A stretch of DNA of 64,000 nucleotides from Azolla caroliniana (GCA_043228905.1 JBHGNT010000015.1:6014001-6078000), one strand, 5' to 3'. Shown: positions 35,641 to 50,369, numbered from the stretch's first letter. Notes: generated by a model not told the origin, from the sequence alone. A program made the numbers and translations.

Positions 35641-38600
35641 TTACATACAACAGTTAACTAAGTTTAAAAAGGTTGGTTTAAGTGTACCAACTAGGTTAGG
35701 GCAAATGCCCTTTCAACTATTTACAAAACTAGCCTGGTATGTCCATGAGCTAGTGTGCAACCTATCTCTATGGGAAGTTGAGTTCGACTCTCAACACGCC
35801 CCTTCGAACACAACTTCCATCTGTCAAAAAGTTGTTTTGGTTCGGTCTTCGGAGTTCAGCTTCGGGCTTTCGTAATCCTCGAACTGGATTGTTTAGCTTT
35901 TCGGCTTCGTGCCATCATGCTCTAACTAGTCTGGTCGGCTTCGATCAACTAATCGGCTACTTCTATGTCAGCTGCTTATTGGCTGCTTTCGTTAATTGAT
36001 CGGCTACTTCTATGTCGGTTGTTGCTGTACTCCCCCTCAAGCTTTGCAATGTAGAGATTGTGAGACAACGAATTGCTCGAGCTTGTCGGCTCCCAAGGCC
36101 TTCGTAAAGATCTCAATAACTTGAAGGTTCATACTGATGTGTTGGAGATCGATGTCGTCGGCCTGAACACGCTCACGAATGAAGTGGTAGTGCACTTCGA
36201 TGTGTTTAGTCTGCGGGTGGAATACGGGGTTCCAAGCGAGGTATTTGTTGCTCATGTTGTCGCAGAAGAGGCGAATTGGATTCGTGATGGGCATGCCCAA
36301 GTCCTTCAAGATGCATTTGAGCCAGACAGCTTCGCAGGCGGCGACTATCGCACCTCTGTATTCGGCCTTTGTGCTCGACAGTGCGACTGTCAGTTGTTTC
36401 TTGCTGCTCTAGGAGATCACTCCATTGACAAGTGAGAAGATGAATCCGGAAGTGGATAATCTATCGGCCTTATAACCGGCCCAGTCTTCGTATGTGTACC
36501 CTTCGAGTCGAATAAGCATATCTGACTTATGCTCGATGCCATAATCCATCGTCGTACTGACATACCGAAGTAGCCTCTTAGCGCAATCGAGATGATCATT
36601 TCGTAGGTTTTGCATGAATTGGCTAAGTAGGCCAACTGAATAGCTGAGATCGGGTTGTGTGATGGTTAGATAAATTAGGTTGCCGATCAGTTGTCGATAT
36701 TGAGTCGGATCGCACTCGGTTGTGCCCGAGTCAACATCGAGCTTGAGATTTTGGTCGAGAGGGGTAGCCGCGGGTTTGCACTCATTCATTCCGAACTTGT
36801 AGAGTAAGTTGACAATGTAGTGCCGTTGAGAGGTCATATCCCGATTGGTGTTCGAATTACATCGATGCCAAGAAAATAATGGAGGTCATGCAGGTCTTTC
36901 ATTTCGAATCTCCCGGATAGGAGGGATTTGACCTTAATGATCCTGGCTAGATTCTTTCCTCCGATTACTAGATCATCCACGTAAAGGATAATGACAATTG
37001 GGTTCGTTTCGGATGTATAGGGAGTTGTCCGATTTCGACATTCAAAAGCCGATTTGGTGAAGATACTGAGTGATCTTTGAATGCCAAGAACATGGTGCTT
37101 AGTTGAGGCTGTAGATTGGCTTCTTGAGTCGGCACACGGCTTTCGGCTGAGTACATGATTCGAAGCCACGCGGTTGTATCATGTACACCTCCTCTTCTAA
37201 TTCACCTTGTAGGAAGGCGTTCTTTTTGTCCATTTGGTGGAGATGCCACCCTTTTGCAGCTGCTAGTACAATTATGGTCCGCACAGTCGTCATCTTTGCC
37301 ACCGGGGCAAAGGTCTCCTCGTAATCGACTCCGTGCATTTGTGCATATCCTTTGGCGACGAGTCGTGCTTTGAAGCGATTTACGGTGCCATCGGCATTGT
37401 ATTTGACCTTATAGATCGATCTGCAACCAATCGCTTTCCTGTGACGTGAATGGGGAACAAGATCCCATGTCTCGTTTTTGCACAAGGCCTGCATTTCTTC
37501 GTTCATCGCGTCGACCCATCGTGGGTCCTTCATGGCTTCGGAAAGCGTTTCCGGCTCCCGTGCAGTCACTATCTTCATCATAAAAGTGTAATGGTATGCC
37601 ATGTACTCATTGTAGCCGAATTGGCTTACGGGGTTCTTTTCACGAGTGGATCGGCGTAGCTTCTCGTTTGCAGAGACGAATGCTTTCGTCGCTCCATTCG
37701 TTTGGAAGATCGGGATGTCCAGGCCTTCGAACTCACTGTCAAGGGAGTGAGTTGTCGCGTTGTCGATTGGATCTTCATATTTGGACATCTTGGCCTTCCC
37801 TTTTCAAGTTTTGGACTTGGCCGACATGTGCTTTGGCCACTGGGGGGGCTCCCGTGGTCCACTAAGTTGTGTCGTAATCGGGCTTTCTGAGCCAATCTTC
37901 GTCTTCTATCTCCATTTCGGCGGATTCCGGGTTGAGCAGGGTCAGAGTCAAAGCTGTTTCTGGTGCGTACCAGGATGCAGACTCATCGAAGATGACATCT
38001 CGACTTACTTGAGCTTTTCGGGTAGATGGGTTGTAGCATTTGTACCCCTTCTGTTCGAGTGAGTACCCTACGAGGATACATTTCTCCGACTTCAGGTCAA
38101 GCTTTTGTCGTGTTTCGTCGGGAATATGCACGTAGGCGATTGAGCCGAAAATCCGAACATGTGATAAATCCCGCTTCTTTCCAAAAAACCTCTCGTGAGG
38201 GGTTACGTTGTGTACCCCAGAGGTTGTACACCTGTTCATAAGATATACGGCCGTGTTCACCACTTCTACCCAGTATGATTTCAGCAAGTTCTTCTCATTC
38301 ATCATTGCCCGTGCAACCTCTACGATGTGTTGATTCTTTCGTTCGGCTACACCATTTTGCTGAGGTGTATGACGACACGAAAATTCTTGTCGTATTCCTT
38401 CCTTTTGGAGATATGCCGTAAACTCGTCCGAGAAGTATTCTTTGCCTCCATCCGATCAAAGGCATCGTACGTGTTGACCTGTGGCTTTTTTGATTTCGTT
38501 TTTGAACCTTTGGAAGTGGCCGAACACTTCGCTCTTCTGTTTCATCGGATAGAGCCATGTATGCCTAGAGAAGTTGTCGATGAACGTGACATAATATCGA

Positions 38601-40619
38601 CAATCACCGAATGTTGTTGTCGGAGCTGGCCCCCACACATCTTAATGTACTACATCCAAGATCCCTTTGCTCACATTCCTCTCTTTCGGGAATGGATGTC
38701 AATGTTGTTTTCTGAACTGGCATGCCTTGCATATGCCCGTAATCTCCTTCTTAGTAAATGTCGGGAATCCGATTACGACTCCTTTTGACTGTATGTTCTA
38801 GAGCTTTTGAAGATTGATGTGGCTGATTCTCTTGTGCCACAGCTTCAAGTCGGTTTCGACTTTAAGACCTTTTGCGAACATAGCTGATTTTACCTCTTCT
38901 GATTCGAGGATGAACATTTGGCCTTTTCGGCGACCATGCGCTATGATTTGATTGTCCTTTTTGATGAAGCACCCTTCATTATTGAATCGTACTTCCATAC
39001 CTTGTTCGACGATCTTGCCGACCGAGATCAGGTTTTTCGTGATGGTTGGGACATGCAACACGTTCTTAAGGTAGGTTTGTTTGCTGTCATTTCCAAATGG
39101 AACATTTTCGACATGCTGAATTGGGTGAGTCGTATCATCTCCGATTTCAACATACCCGGGTCGATCTGGCTTTCGTAATTCTCGGAATCAATCTTCATGG
39201 GACGTCATGTGATTGGATGCTCCCGAGTCGACAAACCATATGCTATCTGAAGAAGGGGCTAGTCAAGGCCTGTGCCGTCATTGAATGTGCTTCATGCCTC
39301 ATTACGAACATCCCATCACGATCGTCGTAGTCGAAATTTGAAGAGTAGTTCGTGCGTTGTCGGCTAGTCGAAGCCAAGTCTTGTACCTTTTTTCGGCACT
39401 CCTCTTCATAGTGGCCGTGTTTTCTACAGTACCCGCATTCGATCGGGTTGTTACGACTGTTCGGTCCGGCGAGGTGGCTCCCCCTTCTAACGAACTCTCT
39501 GGGACTATTTCTGTCCCCTTGCCATTGATGGAAGTTACGCTCTTGAGTGTGTCGGCCTCGTCCAAGCCGACCTCTGTTTCCACAGCCGAATCCTCTTCTA
39601 TCATCCGACTGTGAGTAGAGCATTTTACCATCACACGCATTGTTCCTTTGCCGAACATGATTTTCTTCGATCAACAGAATCGATTAAAGGTCGAAAAAGG
39701 AAGGAGGGTTCTCCCTCACAAGAATGCCTGATTTGATCGTGCCGAATTGAGGTGCCCAGCCGCCGAGGCATATTTGCATCATTTCGTCATCGTGGATTAC
39801 GACATTAATCGAACCGATGGCATCGCACAACTCCTTGATCTTCAAGGTATAGCCGGTGATCGACATGTCCCTCTGTTGCATGTTGTTTAGCTCCTGTCGA
39901 AGTTGGAGCTTTCTGCAGTCGTATTGGCCGCAAAAATCTTCTTGAGATTTCCCCAAGCTTCTTTTGGTGTTTTCGAATCTTGAATATAGCCTAGCATGTG
40001 GTCATGAACGCATGACACAAGGTAGTATAACACACGGCTCGCGGCCTACTCCCACGCTAGGTGGTCAGCGTGTGTCGGGTTGGGCTGGGTTGCGTTTCGT
40101 GAGCTCCCTCGATGTAGCTCCAGTAACCTTGTCCAACAAGATACTGATGCATCTTGTACTCCCAAGATGCGAACTTTGTTCTATTGAGCTTCTCGGTAGG
40201 AAGAGCGCTTCCCATCTAGGTGTTCATTGTCAAACTTCTTCTACTCTTGATGCAAGCAATGCAAAAATCGTTATTGCAACAATCAGTTGGTTCTCTGCTA
40301 GCTTGAGTACGACACACATGAAGGAGATGGGCTTGGATCAAGCTACCACATGCTCTGACACCATGTAAAGAAACAAGGGTGATTCTGTACAACGAAAGGA
40401 CTGTGTGTGTGTGTGTATGTGCACGTGAGACAAGAGAGAGAATTATATCAAGAAGTTGTATATTACATCCAACAGTTAACTAAGTTACAAAAAGGTTGGT
40501 TTAAGTGTACCAACTAGGTTAGGGCAAATGTCCTTTCAACTATTTACAAAACTAGCATGGTATGTCCATGAGCTAGTGTGCAACCTATCTCTATGGGAAG
40601 TTGAGTTCGACTCTCAACA
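35640..40619 (-). mobile_element. Ty1/copia element D (B-related), heavily decayed, 3' LTR truncated
   Basis: 5' LTR 40364-40619; 3' LTR remnant about 35640-35796; PBS 40352-40363; fragmented gag, INT, RT, RH ORFs. Confidence 0.9.
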
Positions 40620-42150
40620 AAATTATATTACGTTTTCTTTTTTTATATTTCTTCTTTGCTACCAATTATGCAATTTTAATTTGTATTGTGCATCGGGTCG
40701 AGCATGTTTGTAGTAATTGCACATGCTCAACTCATGGCCCTTTTGCATATTGCGTTGTATATCTCATTGTCCCCTTTATTAAGCCATCTCTTACAATAAT
40801 AATTATACTTGTGCATCTGGTCGAGCGTGTTTGCACTAATCACACACACTCTCCTCATGGCCCTTTTGCATAGGATATTGTGTATGCCACTCTTCCCTCT
40901 ATTCAGCCATCTTTTAGCTATTCTATGGGATGTAGTAGTCGACTACCTATGCCATTCTACTCTCTATTGAGCCATCTCTTGGCTAATTCTATGGGATGTT
41001 GTGGTCTTGATGAGGTGCATGTCGACTACCCTAGGGTTTCTTACCTTAGGGTATGCTTAATTTTTCATACACCTATTTGATTATTATTCTAATTATTTTA
41101 TAATTACACTAGTTATCTTCCCACTTTCTTAACTAATTTTCTTTTCATTGTCATCTACCCACCCACATTTCACTCTCTTTTTTACCCTTACTTTTCATGT
41201 TTACAGTATTTACGTGCATTTACCTATGATGTAACACTTCCGTGTACACTATTTTTTCATATTGAATGGGCGTCATGCTGCTTTTTTGAACCATTTTTTC
41301 AACGTGTCATCTAGGTTTAACTCATGTAATCGAGCCTTAGAACTCGATTAAAAACACAAGAGTTCCCCTATTGAGCACTACATCTTTTTTTCACAACACC
41401 GCCACCACTTGTATCAATTTGTGACTTATGTCACAATTGTGCAAATTACAATCACCATATTGGGATGGATAATATGTGCATACCCCGCACCATCCATTTA
41501 TTTGTGGCATTTGTTTTAGTAGGCAAGCCATGGTTTTTTTTAACCTTGTTTTCGTCACTTCTTGACTCTTATACTTCGTGACTTATTTTTATCCTTTTTT
41601 TCATAACATTTGCTTGTTACTCGCAAGACTAGAATACTACTTGCGAGTGCACTTTTTTCTTCATGTAATACACTTTCTCGACCATATCAATCCATGCCTG
41701 GTTGGCAATTTAATATAAGGCTACCTAGGAAATTATGTTGACGCTAGAACCATGGTTGAGCCTCGGGGAACCGCCATGATTATTCAAGATAGAGATCCGA
41801 GAAAGACATCTTAGCTATATTTTCCCTGTCAAATACGGGTTTCTAATGGTCGTATTCACACTGTCCCTTGGACAAACTAGGTTTAGGACAATTCTGTAAA
41901 TATGTCAAAGGGCAGTTGCCCTAGCTTAGTTAGTATATAATTGGCTTTGTAACCTAGCTCATAAGGTTGTTGCCTCCATTTATTATAACTTTGAGTTTTG
42001 AATAATATAGTTACATATTGTGTGTCTCTCTTTCTCTCACTCTATCTCTTTGATCTTGCTTTAACGTGTTAACTTTGTGATCTTCTTAGCAAGGTGTTGT
42101 TAATGTTTCCGCATTGAGGATCTCAGACTCCAACATTCCCCCATGGTTTT

Positions 42151-42407
42151 TGTTGAGAATCAAACCCAACTTCCCTATTGAAGTGGCTTTCACACTAGGC
42201 TAGTTTTGTAAATAGTAGTAAGGGGATTTGCCCTAGGTTAGTTGGTATTTAAACCAACCGTTTGTAACTTAGTTATTGTTGGATGTAATTCATTCTCTTG
42301 TCTAATATAGCTTCTTGCTTTAAGCTCTCTCTCTCTCTCTCTCTCATTGTCTTACGTACACACACACAGAGCTCACTTTTGCTGCACAACATCACCTATT
42401 CTTTACA
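42151..42407 (+). mobile_element. Solo LTR related to the copia D LTR
   Basis: tgttgagaatcaaacccaacttcc...tctttaca, 257 bp; flanks GTTTT/ATTTT. Confidence 0.8.
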
Positions 42408-43814
42408 ATTTTTAAAACACCATAGTGTTACCATAGTTCTTGGATCTCGAATCACATCTCATATGTCTAGAGGGGTAAAGACGTGAGATGCTTTCTTGGA
42501 TAAAGTTCTTCCAATCAAATTTTCAACCATTCATTTTTCTTGCGTATTTTCTGAACCTCCTTATTTATATTGCATACACACAACTTGCATCATGGAACAA
42601 GTTTTAAACACTGTTGGAGCGATATCTCTGACCGAGACCTCTCAACTCCAATCCACATCTCGCACATAGGCTGTGATCACTATTGAGCAATTGCTCACTA
42701 CTAACTTGAATCAATTGGCCAAAACGTGGGAGCCAATATGGCTTTGGAAAAGAAATTCCAAGAATTGACTATTGAGTCTAAGAAAGAAGGTGAACCTTCT
42801 TTCATAATCATGCCATTTAAGGGAGATAAGAAACTTCAAAGAAGCATGGTCCTCTTTCATTTGTGTTATGTTTTGTTATGTATGTGTGTAGCTATGCATG
42901 TAAGTTTGTAATGTTCTATGGGAGACACGGCCATGATACAAGAATATGATCCATGACCTCATTCCAAGCCCACCCCTATTGTGAGTTCCATGGGTTCTGT
43001 CATTTTTATGACTTTGGTGCTATTGTGTAAACTATTGAGCCAATAACCTAGTGTGCTCTTTAAGAAATCCTCTACTTGCAACAGTAATGATGCAGAAACT
43101 TATTCTAGATATTCCATGTCCAAACACGCCCATCTCACTCCAATTGACAATATTAGAATTTGTGGGAACCCCCCTAGACAAATAAAGAGCAAGAGAGAAA
43201 GCTTCTTTGACTTTGGTATGTTAAATGAGATGAATTTGTCACCCTTTCACTAGGTTTTCAATTCAAAGTCTGAGCTTTACCTTGCCCATCATGAAGATTA
43301 TAGTTAACTTAACTACCTTAGATATTAGAGTTTGTGGTCCAATTAGAGTGTGAGTAATGGGTTTGTATTTGAGGGTCTTGATTACAACATTTACATAGGT
43401 TGAAAGGAGGTTTGAATTGGTATATCTCACGAGTCACAATTGAGCACTAGGGTCACCGTAACCTTAAGTGTATATTAGTTGTAATAGTATTGTAGTTTTG
43501 TCACAAACTTGTTCATAAACTGGTTTAGGGATTGGTTTGGTTTGGCTCAGGTTTGAGAAGCCCAAAAAGGTTTAGGCTTAATCGGTTTGGCTTGGATAAG
43601 GCCAAAACGGGTTAAGGCTAAACCAAACCGTTACCGACGCACTTTCTCTAAGAAGTAATGGTAAGAAGACCATAAGGATGAAATGAAGAAGCTTTTCTTC
43701 ATATAATTCAATCCTAAGTTTAATTCATGTCCAAGTTTAAAAAAAATAAAAACACTTCCACTTTGATCTTCCCTTTTGAAGAACAGAGTAGCGAGAAGAG
43801 AAACAGAGACAGAG

Positions 43815-44174
43815 ATGAGCGTAGTGTCAGGAGGAGGAGGAGAAGAAGCAGAAGAGGTGAAGAAAGGGTTGGAGGGTGTTACAGGTGTCCCCTTGCCTGT
43901 CAATTTCCATGGAAACCTCCGAAGTGCTCAGAACGATCAGCATCTCAAAGAGATTCTTCACCAAGCTAGTGAAGCTAAACAAACGGCAAGTTTTCCCTCT
44001 CTCTCTCTCTCTCTCTCAATCTATCTATCTGTGTCATTGTAAACAGACTTTCTTTGAAAGACGCCTTAATCGTTTTGTTTTGCCCGCTTTGTGCAGGCAA
44101 TTGTCACTTATGGAGCTAAATGGTAAGCTAATTTTCCCCTTTCTCAACATGTTTGTGTTGGAGAGAGAGAGAGT

Positions 44175-44235
<61 letters not shown>

Positions 44236-46360
44236 ATGATGATGCTGATGGCATATCAACAATGTCCAGGGACTCGCATCACTCTCCCTTGCGGTTTCTA
44301 TGCTGAGGATTTTAAATGGTAAAAATATGATCAGAAAAGTTAAAAGACAAAATAAAAAAACCATGCTTTTTACGATTGTGGACCTTCCTTGAGTTTGATT
44401 CTATGGTCGAGTAGACTAGCAGAGATCATGTTTCATGTTACCAGTGATTGTTTTCTGTTCTTGTTAGGAGTTATTGAAAGGTAGTAGAACTTCATCAGAA
44501 TATGCCCTCATATGTGAAGCATTCTGGGGGCAGATGTTTGTCTGTTTCTGTATATTCTGATTCTATGGTCGAGTAGACTAGCAGAGATCATGTTTCATGT
44601 TACCAGTGATTGTTTTCTGTTCTTGTTAGGAGTTATTGAAAGGTAGTAGAACTTCATCAGAATATGCCCTCATATGTGAAGCATTCTGGGGGCAGATGTT
44701 TGTCTGTTTCTGTATATTGAGACAGCACAGCTCAGAGATCGGTATGATGACAAGTCTCACCTTCATTTGGCATGGTGTGCAAATGTGACCTTGGATAATG
44801 GCCATCTATCCTCAGTACATTTTCCCTAGACTCAAGTCAAGGAAACCTCAGACTCAAGCCAAGGAAAGCCTTTGACTTGAGGAAATGTCAAAGTCAACAA
44901 AAGGTTAGACTCGAGGAAACCTCAGAGTCAAGGAAAACTTAGACTCGAGAAAACCTCAGAGTCAAGGAATTCCTTGCCCTCTCGCTGGCATCGCAACTTG
45001 ACCAGGTTCTCACTCTCTCTTAGTAAATATGCCATAAGCCAATTGTCACTACCAGAAGTATGGTACTAAATTCTAGCATGACAAAAATAATCACCTCATG
45101 ATGAAAATGTTTGGATAGAGAGAGTTAGTAAGGTTTACGCCAGGCTGGTTTGAGACAAGGGTATAGAAATTGTGTTCTAAATCAAAACAATGTTATCTGT
45201 GATTGGGTAGCTTTTTTGTATTATGAAGCCTACACTTTTAGGCAGCAGCATTACCACTAAGCTCAGGACCGATAAAGGTGATTTTGGTACTATCAAGCTT
45301 GCGATGAAGCTGGAAATGAGACTCACATGAGAAAGAGGGAGAGAATGGAAGATATTCAATTCTACGATGAGAGAAAGCCAATGAGTGTCCTACCACGTGA
45401 TCACTTCACATGAAGTAGTCAAGTGTGAACAACCAAATGACCTAGGACTTGGGAATATATGAGGAGGCTAGCGACATCCTTAGGGTGGAAGTGATTCTAC
45501 CTTGAGGTGCTGCCTGTGTGGTTAGGCTCTTGTCGACAATCTTGTGAGTCCCCTTGGCTTCTAAGGCATGACCCGCAGCTGTCCATGGTGGTATGGGACA
45601 CCAATGGGCACGTGGGTCTGTCTCTCACTGTTGCTTGGGGGTCAGGCAGATCTAGCCCCTCTTTCTCACCTTATCCTTGATTAATATTTTTAAATTTTGC
45701 GTAAGCATTAGATCTGGACTCAAACAGCATCTTCAGTATTTCAACTGACACTAGGGTCTAGGGCATGTGATTAGGACCCTAATGAGGTAGGAGAGCTACC
45801 AAGAAGTGAGATTTAATTATCGGAGCTCCTTCCAGAGGTGGTGCCAGTTTTGAAGCAGAAAAATCTGAGCTGGAGGCTATTTTCCAATGTCAGCATTTGA
45901 ATCCGAGGAAAGATTTTCCTCTTGAGTAAAGACTGATATGAACCCCTTCCAAAGCTAGGAAAGGTTTGTGCATAATGAAGAGAGACCAACCAAAGGAGTG
46001 CAACCACTGTCTTAGTACTATGTCCAGGTGATTGGGCAGATTTGTCTTTAATGCCTTGAAAGGATCTAATTTTTATTTATCAATAATCAGTTTTTTCTTT
46101 TCTTTTTTGTGTGTATATGTAAGAATTGAGTTATATGCAGGTGCCATGCATGCAAGCAAATATTACCCACTTTCTGCAATCTGAGTAATGACTATCCAAA
46201 TTCATGTTTCATCTATACGGACATCGATGAATGTCCAGGAGAAACTGATGATGTTCGCTATACACCCACATTCCGATTTTATAGAGGTGGTGAGAAAGTG
46301 GATGAATTCTTTGGAGCTGGTCCTCAAAGGCTGAGGGATAGAGTGTGGTTACAATCGTAG
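43815..46360 (+). CDS. Thioredoxin-like 3-3 protein, 138 aa, join(43815..43985,44097..44122,46141..46360)
   Basis: Spliced translation ...KKGLEGVTGVPLPVNFHGNLRSAQNDQHLKEIL..AIVTYGAKWCHACKQILPTFCNLSNDYPNSCFIYTDIDECP..VRYTPTFRFYRGGEKVDEFFGAGPQRLRDRVWLQS*; frame-consistent GC-AG and GT-AG introns; resembles the plant TRX-like 3-3 family as I recall it. Confidence 0.9.
44161..44230. repeat. (GA)n microsatellite in intron 2
   Basis: Direct reading. Confidence 0.95.
44396..44718. repeat. Tandem duplication, 2 x 162 bp
   Basis: tgattctatggtcgag... starts at 44396 and again at 44558. Confidence 0.95.
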
Positions 46361-47479
46361 TACATATTGATCGAAAGAAATGTACATGTGATTGAAGTTT
46401 CAAGCATGTGATGATACATATGATTGAGACATCAATTCATGGGATTTAAACAGATGATTAGTTGAGATTTAAGGTAAAAAATGTAGGGGCTTGCTTTGGA
46501 GTGCTGTACTTTTGTAGTGTTCTACCAATTAAAAAGAAATTGCTTTCTACACTTTTGTGATGTTATTTTCATTTTTCAACCTTTATTTCCACTGACACTG
46601 TTCGTGTTTGGAACTCCAAGAAAAGAATAATAAATAATCCATAATAATCCTGATCAGGTTTAGAACCCACTGTTGTGGTACTGAAACTCGAAAATCAAGA
46701 ATCGATTGAACAACAATAGATCCACAAATAAGCACTTCATTGTGTGGATGTACTTTTAATTAAACAAGAAAAATGTGAAGGGAAGCCAGCACAGGGGAAC
46801 ACATTGTGCTTCAGAGCAGCAAGTAGTTGAATACAACTAGAACCACAGGAATTCCAACCAAAGTAAAAGATAGGATATCTGAAGACGCTAATAGAGCATT
46901 ATAGCATAACTGTGCATCTATTCCAACTAAGGAGCTGCTTAAATTCATGCCTCAGCTCAACCAGCTGATGACACAGCTGTGGAAGATCATGTATAATGCT
47001 AAACGAGTGGAAATTTTGGAATGATTTCAATCCGCTATAAAACAATGAAGAGTAAATCTGATCGGAAAATACAACTAACCATCCACCATCAGCAAATTAG
47101 TTTTGATGGTAACAATCACCCTACCAAATGAACTATTGGATAATGGATTGGGTATGGACTTGAAATTTTCCAACCTAAGAACATGAGAACCATCCCCATT
47201 TTGCGCTGAATGAAAAAAAAGGCAATATCATCCCTAGTCATCATTTCGAAATTAACATTTAATACCAGAGGATATGTCCCTTTTATATATCCAATGTTGT
47301 TAGGAAATGTTCCATTATTTGGATTCAACAGAAAGAATACTGTAATTAGAGGTTAGGCTGTGTGTTTTTTATTGTAATTACTTTATCCTAATGGTAAGTT
47401 GTTAAACTACTAACTCTAGGGCTTGGGTTCGAAACCCAATTATGTCATTTCTCTATTCTCTTAATTGATTAGATGCCAC

Positions 47480-49103
47480 TGTGGAATGTTGGGGTTAAAC
47501 CCATAACCATTTGATCTCCACTATGCAAACTTGCCAATTGAGCCCTCTTTCTTTCTCTTTGTTGAAAGAGACAATGATGGTGTGTTTAGATCCAAAACAC
47601 CAAGGGAGATGGTTGTTGTCCGAGGAGAGAGAAAGTAGAGAAGATTGTGTAGAAAATGGAGAGGAAGCCCTAGTTGCTAAAAGTCCCTATCTCATATACG
47701 ATATTTGGGACCAATTCTTATTGATAAGTAACTTTTAGGTCATTTGGGCATATTTAGACATGGCAAATGACTAAAAGTTATAAAGATAATGTAAATGGCA
47801 ATAAGCCCTAAATTGGGGCCAAAAATATAATAAAGATGTGTTTAGAAAGCTCTCGAAGGGAGCTTTCACATGAAAGGATCAAAATATACAAAAAAAGAAG
47901 TCCTTGGGCATTTATCCCTAACAACCTCCCACTTATAGGACCAAGGACGCAACTTTATGCTAAGTAACTCCCACCATCTCTATACATAGTTGATGTTGTG
48001 CCTTGGATAGACACTTTGTGAGAGCATATGCGGGATTTTGTGAAGTTTGAACTTGATCAAAGTGAATTGGCCACCTCTATCACTCCTTTGATAAAGTGGT
48101 ATCTCACATCAATATGCTTTGTGTGAGCATGAAACATTGCATTCTTTGCCAAACATATGACATTCTAGCTATCACACCCAAGAATAGGTGCATTTTCATG
48201 CATCCCAAACTCACTATACAAGTGGCTTAATCAAATGGCTTCTTTAGAAGCCTCTGTGGCTGAAATATATTTAGCCGTCTAGAGCACCATGAAATAGCTC
48301 CACCTACAAGGGTATATACGAGCCACTTGTGGACATACGTGTATCCACATCACCTACCATGTCTAAATCACAAAATCCTTTTTAACTCTAATGGACCATT
48401 TCCACAACAGAGGCATTTACATTTGGTCCCTTTCAAATATAAATTTGATTGCCTCCCAATGAGCTCCAATAGGATTAACCATGAACTTGCTAACAACTCC
48501 GATTGCATGAGCAATGTCTGGCCAAGTGGCAACCATAACATACATAAGTGAACCACAAGTTAATGCATATGGAACGTTCTTCATGTAATTCGTTGCATCA
48601 CCTTTGGGATAGTCACATCCTTCGAAAGCCTAACATGTGGCTGCAAAGGCACTACGAGAGGCTTAGCATCAGCCACATTAAATCTGTCCGACACTTTTCA
48701 ATGTACTTTTCTTGGGATAAATGCAAAGTATACTACTATCTATCCCTTTTTATTCGCATACCAAGAATATGTTTAGCTTACCCATGGTCTTTCATTGAGA
48801 ATGTAGAGTTCAACTATTGTGCTCCTTTTCTTCCCTGCTAGAAGCATATCATCCACATTCAGTATGAGAATAATTGGGTTGCCATCTTCATTCTTTTTAG
48901 TGTATAAACAATGGTTTGCATGGCTTCTTTTAAACCCATGTTTGAACATAAATGCATCAAACTTCTTATACCATTGTCTGGGGCTTGTTTCAACCCATGT
49001 AAGGTCCTTTTCAACTTGCATACCAAATGTTCTTTTCCAGGAATGGCATATCCTTTTGGTCGTTTCATGTACAACTCTATGTCTAAATTACCATGCAAAA
49101 AGG

Positions 49104-49105
<2 letters not shown>
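47480..49105 (-). mobile_element. Old copia 3' fragment (RT, RH, PPT, 3' LTR to 47923), ending at a (CT)n tract
   Basis: LHGNLDIELYMKRPKGY..LHGLKQAP, HIDVRYHFI; acctcccactt PPT at 47924-47934; LTR left edge uncertain. Confidence 0.8.
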
Positions 49106-49141
<36 letters not shown>

Positions 49142-50369
49142 GTTATATATTACCTATATGTAAGAACCATCATTACAACCATTTAACCCCCTCTAGTAAG
49201 ATAGAGGGACATTCTCTAAAAACATCAAAAATAGGAAAGGGTCCCTACATGCCCCAATATCCAAAAGTGCCATATAAAAACCTTTCAACTTCTTAGTACA
49301 ATGCATTACTCATATTCCAATTATATTTGAGGTAAACACAGAGTATGTAAGTATGAAGGTAAGTACATAGAGAAAGAAAGAAAGAAATATATATTTAATA
49401 TATATATAGATATTAACGACTTCTAAGACCAAATTTGGTCCATGAGACAATTGGTTTACAACAAAATGGGGTATTTACCCATTCATCAGAAGCAAAAATA
49501 AAATAAAATAAAATAAAATAGAACTTAAGCTAAAGAGTTATCATATTATACAAAAAACATGTTATGGTGTAACATATTCTATAAAGGAAATGGCTTTATA
49601 CTAGGCCTAGTTTCATTTCCATCCAAGTCTCCTGAAAAGAAGCGAGAGGTCAAAGGGTTTCGATGTGGACGTGGCATGTGGTCTCAATGTAAAAGGTACC
49701 CCAACCATAGCTTCTAGGCGACGTAGCTACCCCACGTCGAGTTGCTTTGAAGCCGAACATCCGAGGGCGTTTGGTTGTTCTTTGCTTTTCTACTTCAGCA
49801 AGGGAGAGATCGAGTGGTGTAGGTGTGTCCACATTCATTGTCTCCCGCTGTTCCTGAAAAGTTTCATTAGTTACATGTTGGTGAATATTAGAATGGTTAT
49901 GGTTATCATTTTGTAGCTTATTCTCTCTATGTTGTTTTAGCTCTAAGATATATCTATACCTAGTTTCTTTATATCTGAGGCCTGTATCTAATAGTTTGGA
50001 GAATGTCCTTTAAGACCAAAAAAGAGATTACATGTTCAGTGTTGTCTCATCTTTGAGAACAAATCAAAATAAAATAAATATTGTTAAATAGACATAGTAA
50101 ATAAGATAATAAGATATTAAAGAATCTTGTTATGGACACATGTAAGATTCTCAAGTTAGATATGTTGTAACTTTTGTCTTTGAAAGATCTCTAGCGTAGG
50201 TCGATCCAAAATGGAGAGGTCTCTGAAGCGAGGAAAGCACCAAGGATGGTGGAGAGAGAGAGAGAGAGAGAGATTATATTATCGTCTTCAGAGGTCAAAT
50301 ATGACCTATGAGACCAAAAATATTACATTTCACATGATACGTGTGAAAGTGAGTAGTGACCCTCGATGT

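Noticed and set aside
41736-42134. Possible additional solo LTR (tgttgacg...ccaaca)
   Set aside because: LTR-like composition, but no matching TSD or partner copy in the window.
43510-43632. ggtttgg/aaacc-rich tract, possible MITE/hAT end or telomere-like repeat
   Set aside because: No clear TIR pair or TSD, and not a TTTAGGG array.
43876-44322. 148-aa ORF with poly-ER
   Set aside because: Runs through TRX introns and a (GA)n microsatellite.
44822-44972. Short degenerate agactcaag/gaggaaacctc repeats in intron 2
   Set aside because: Small local repeat with no identifiable element or function.
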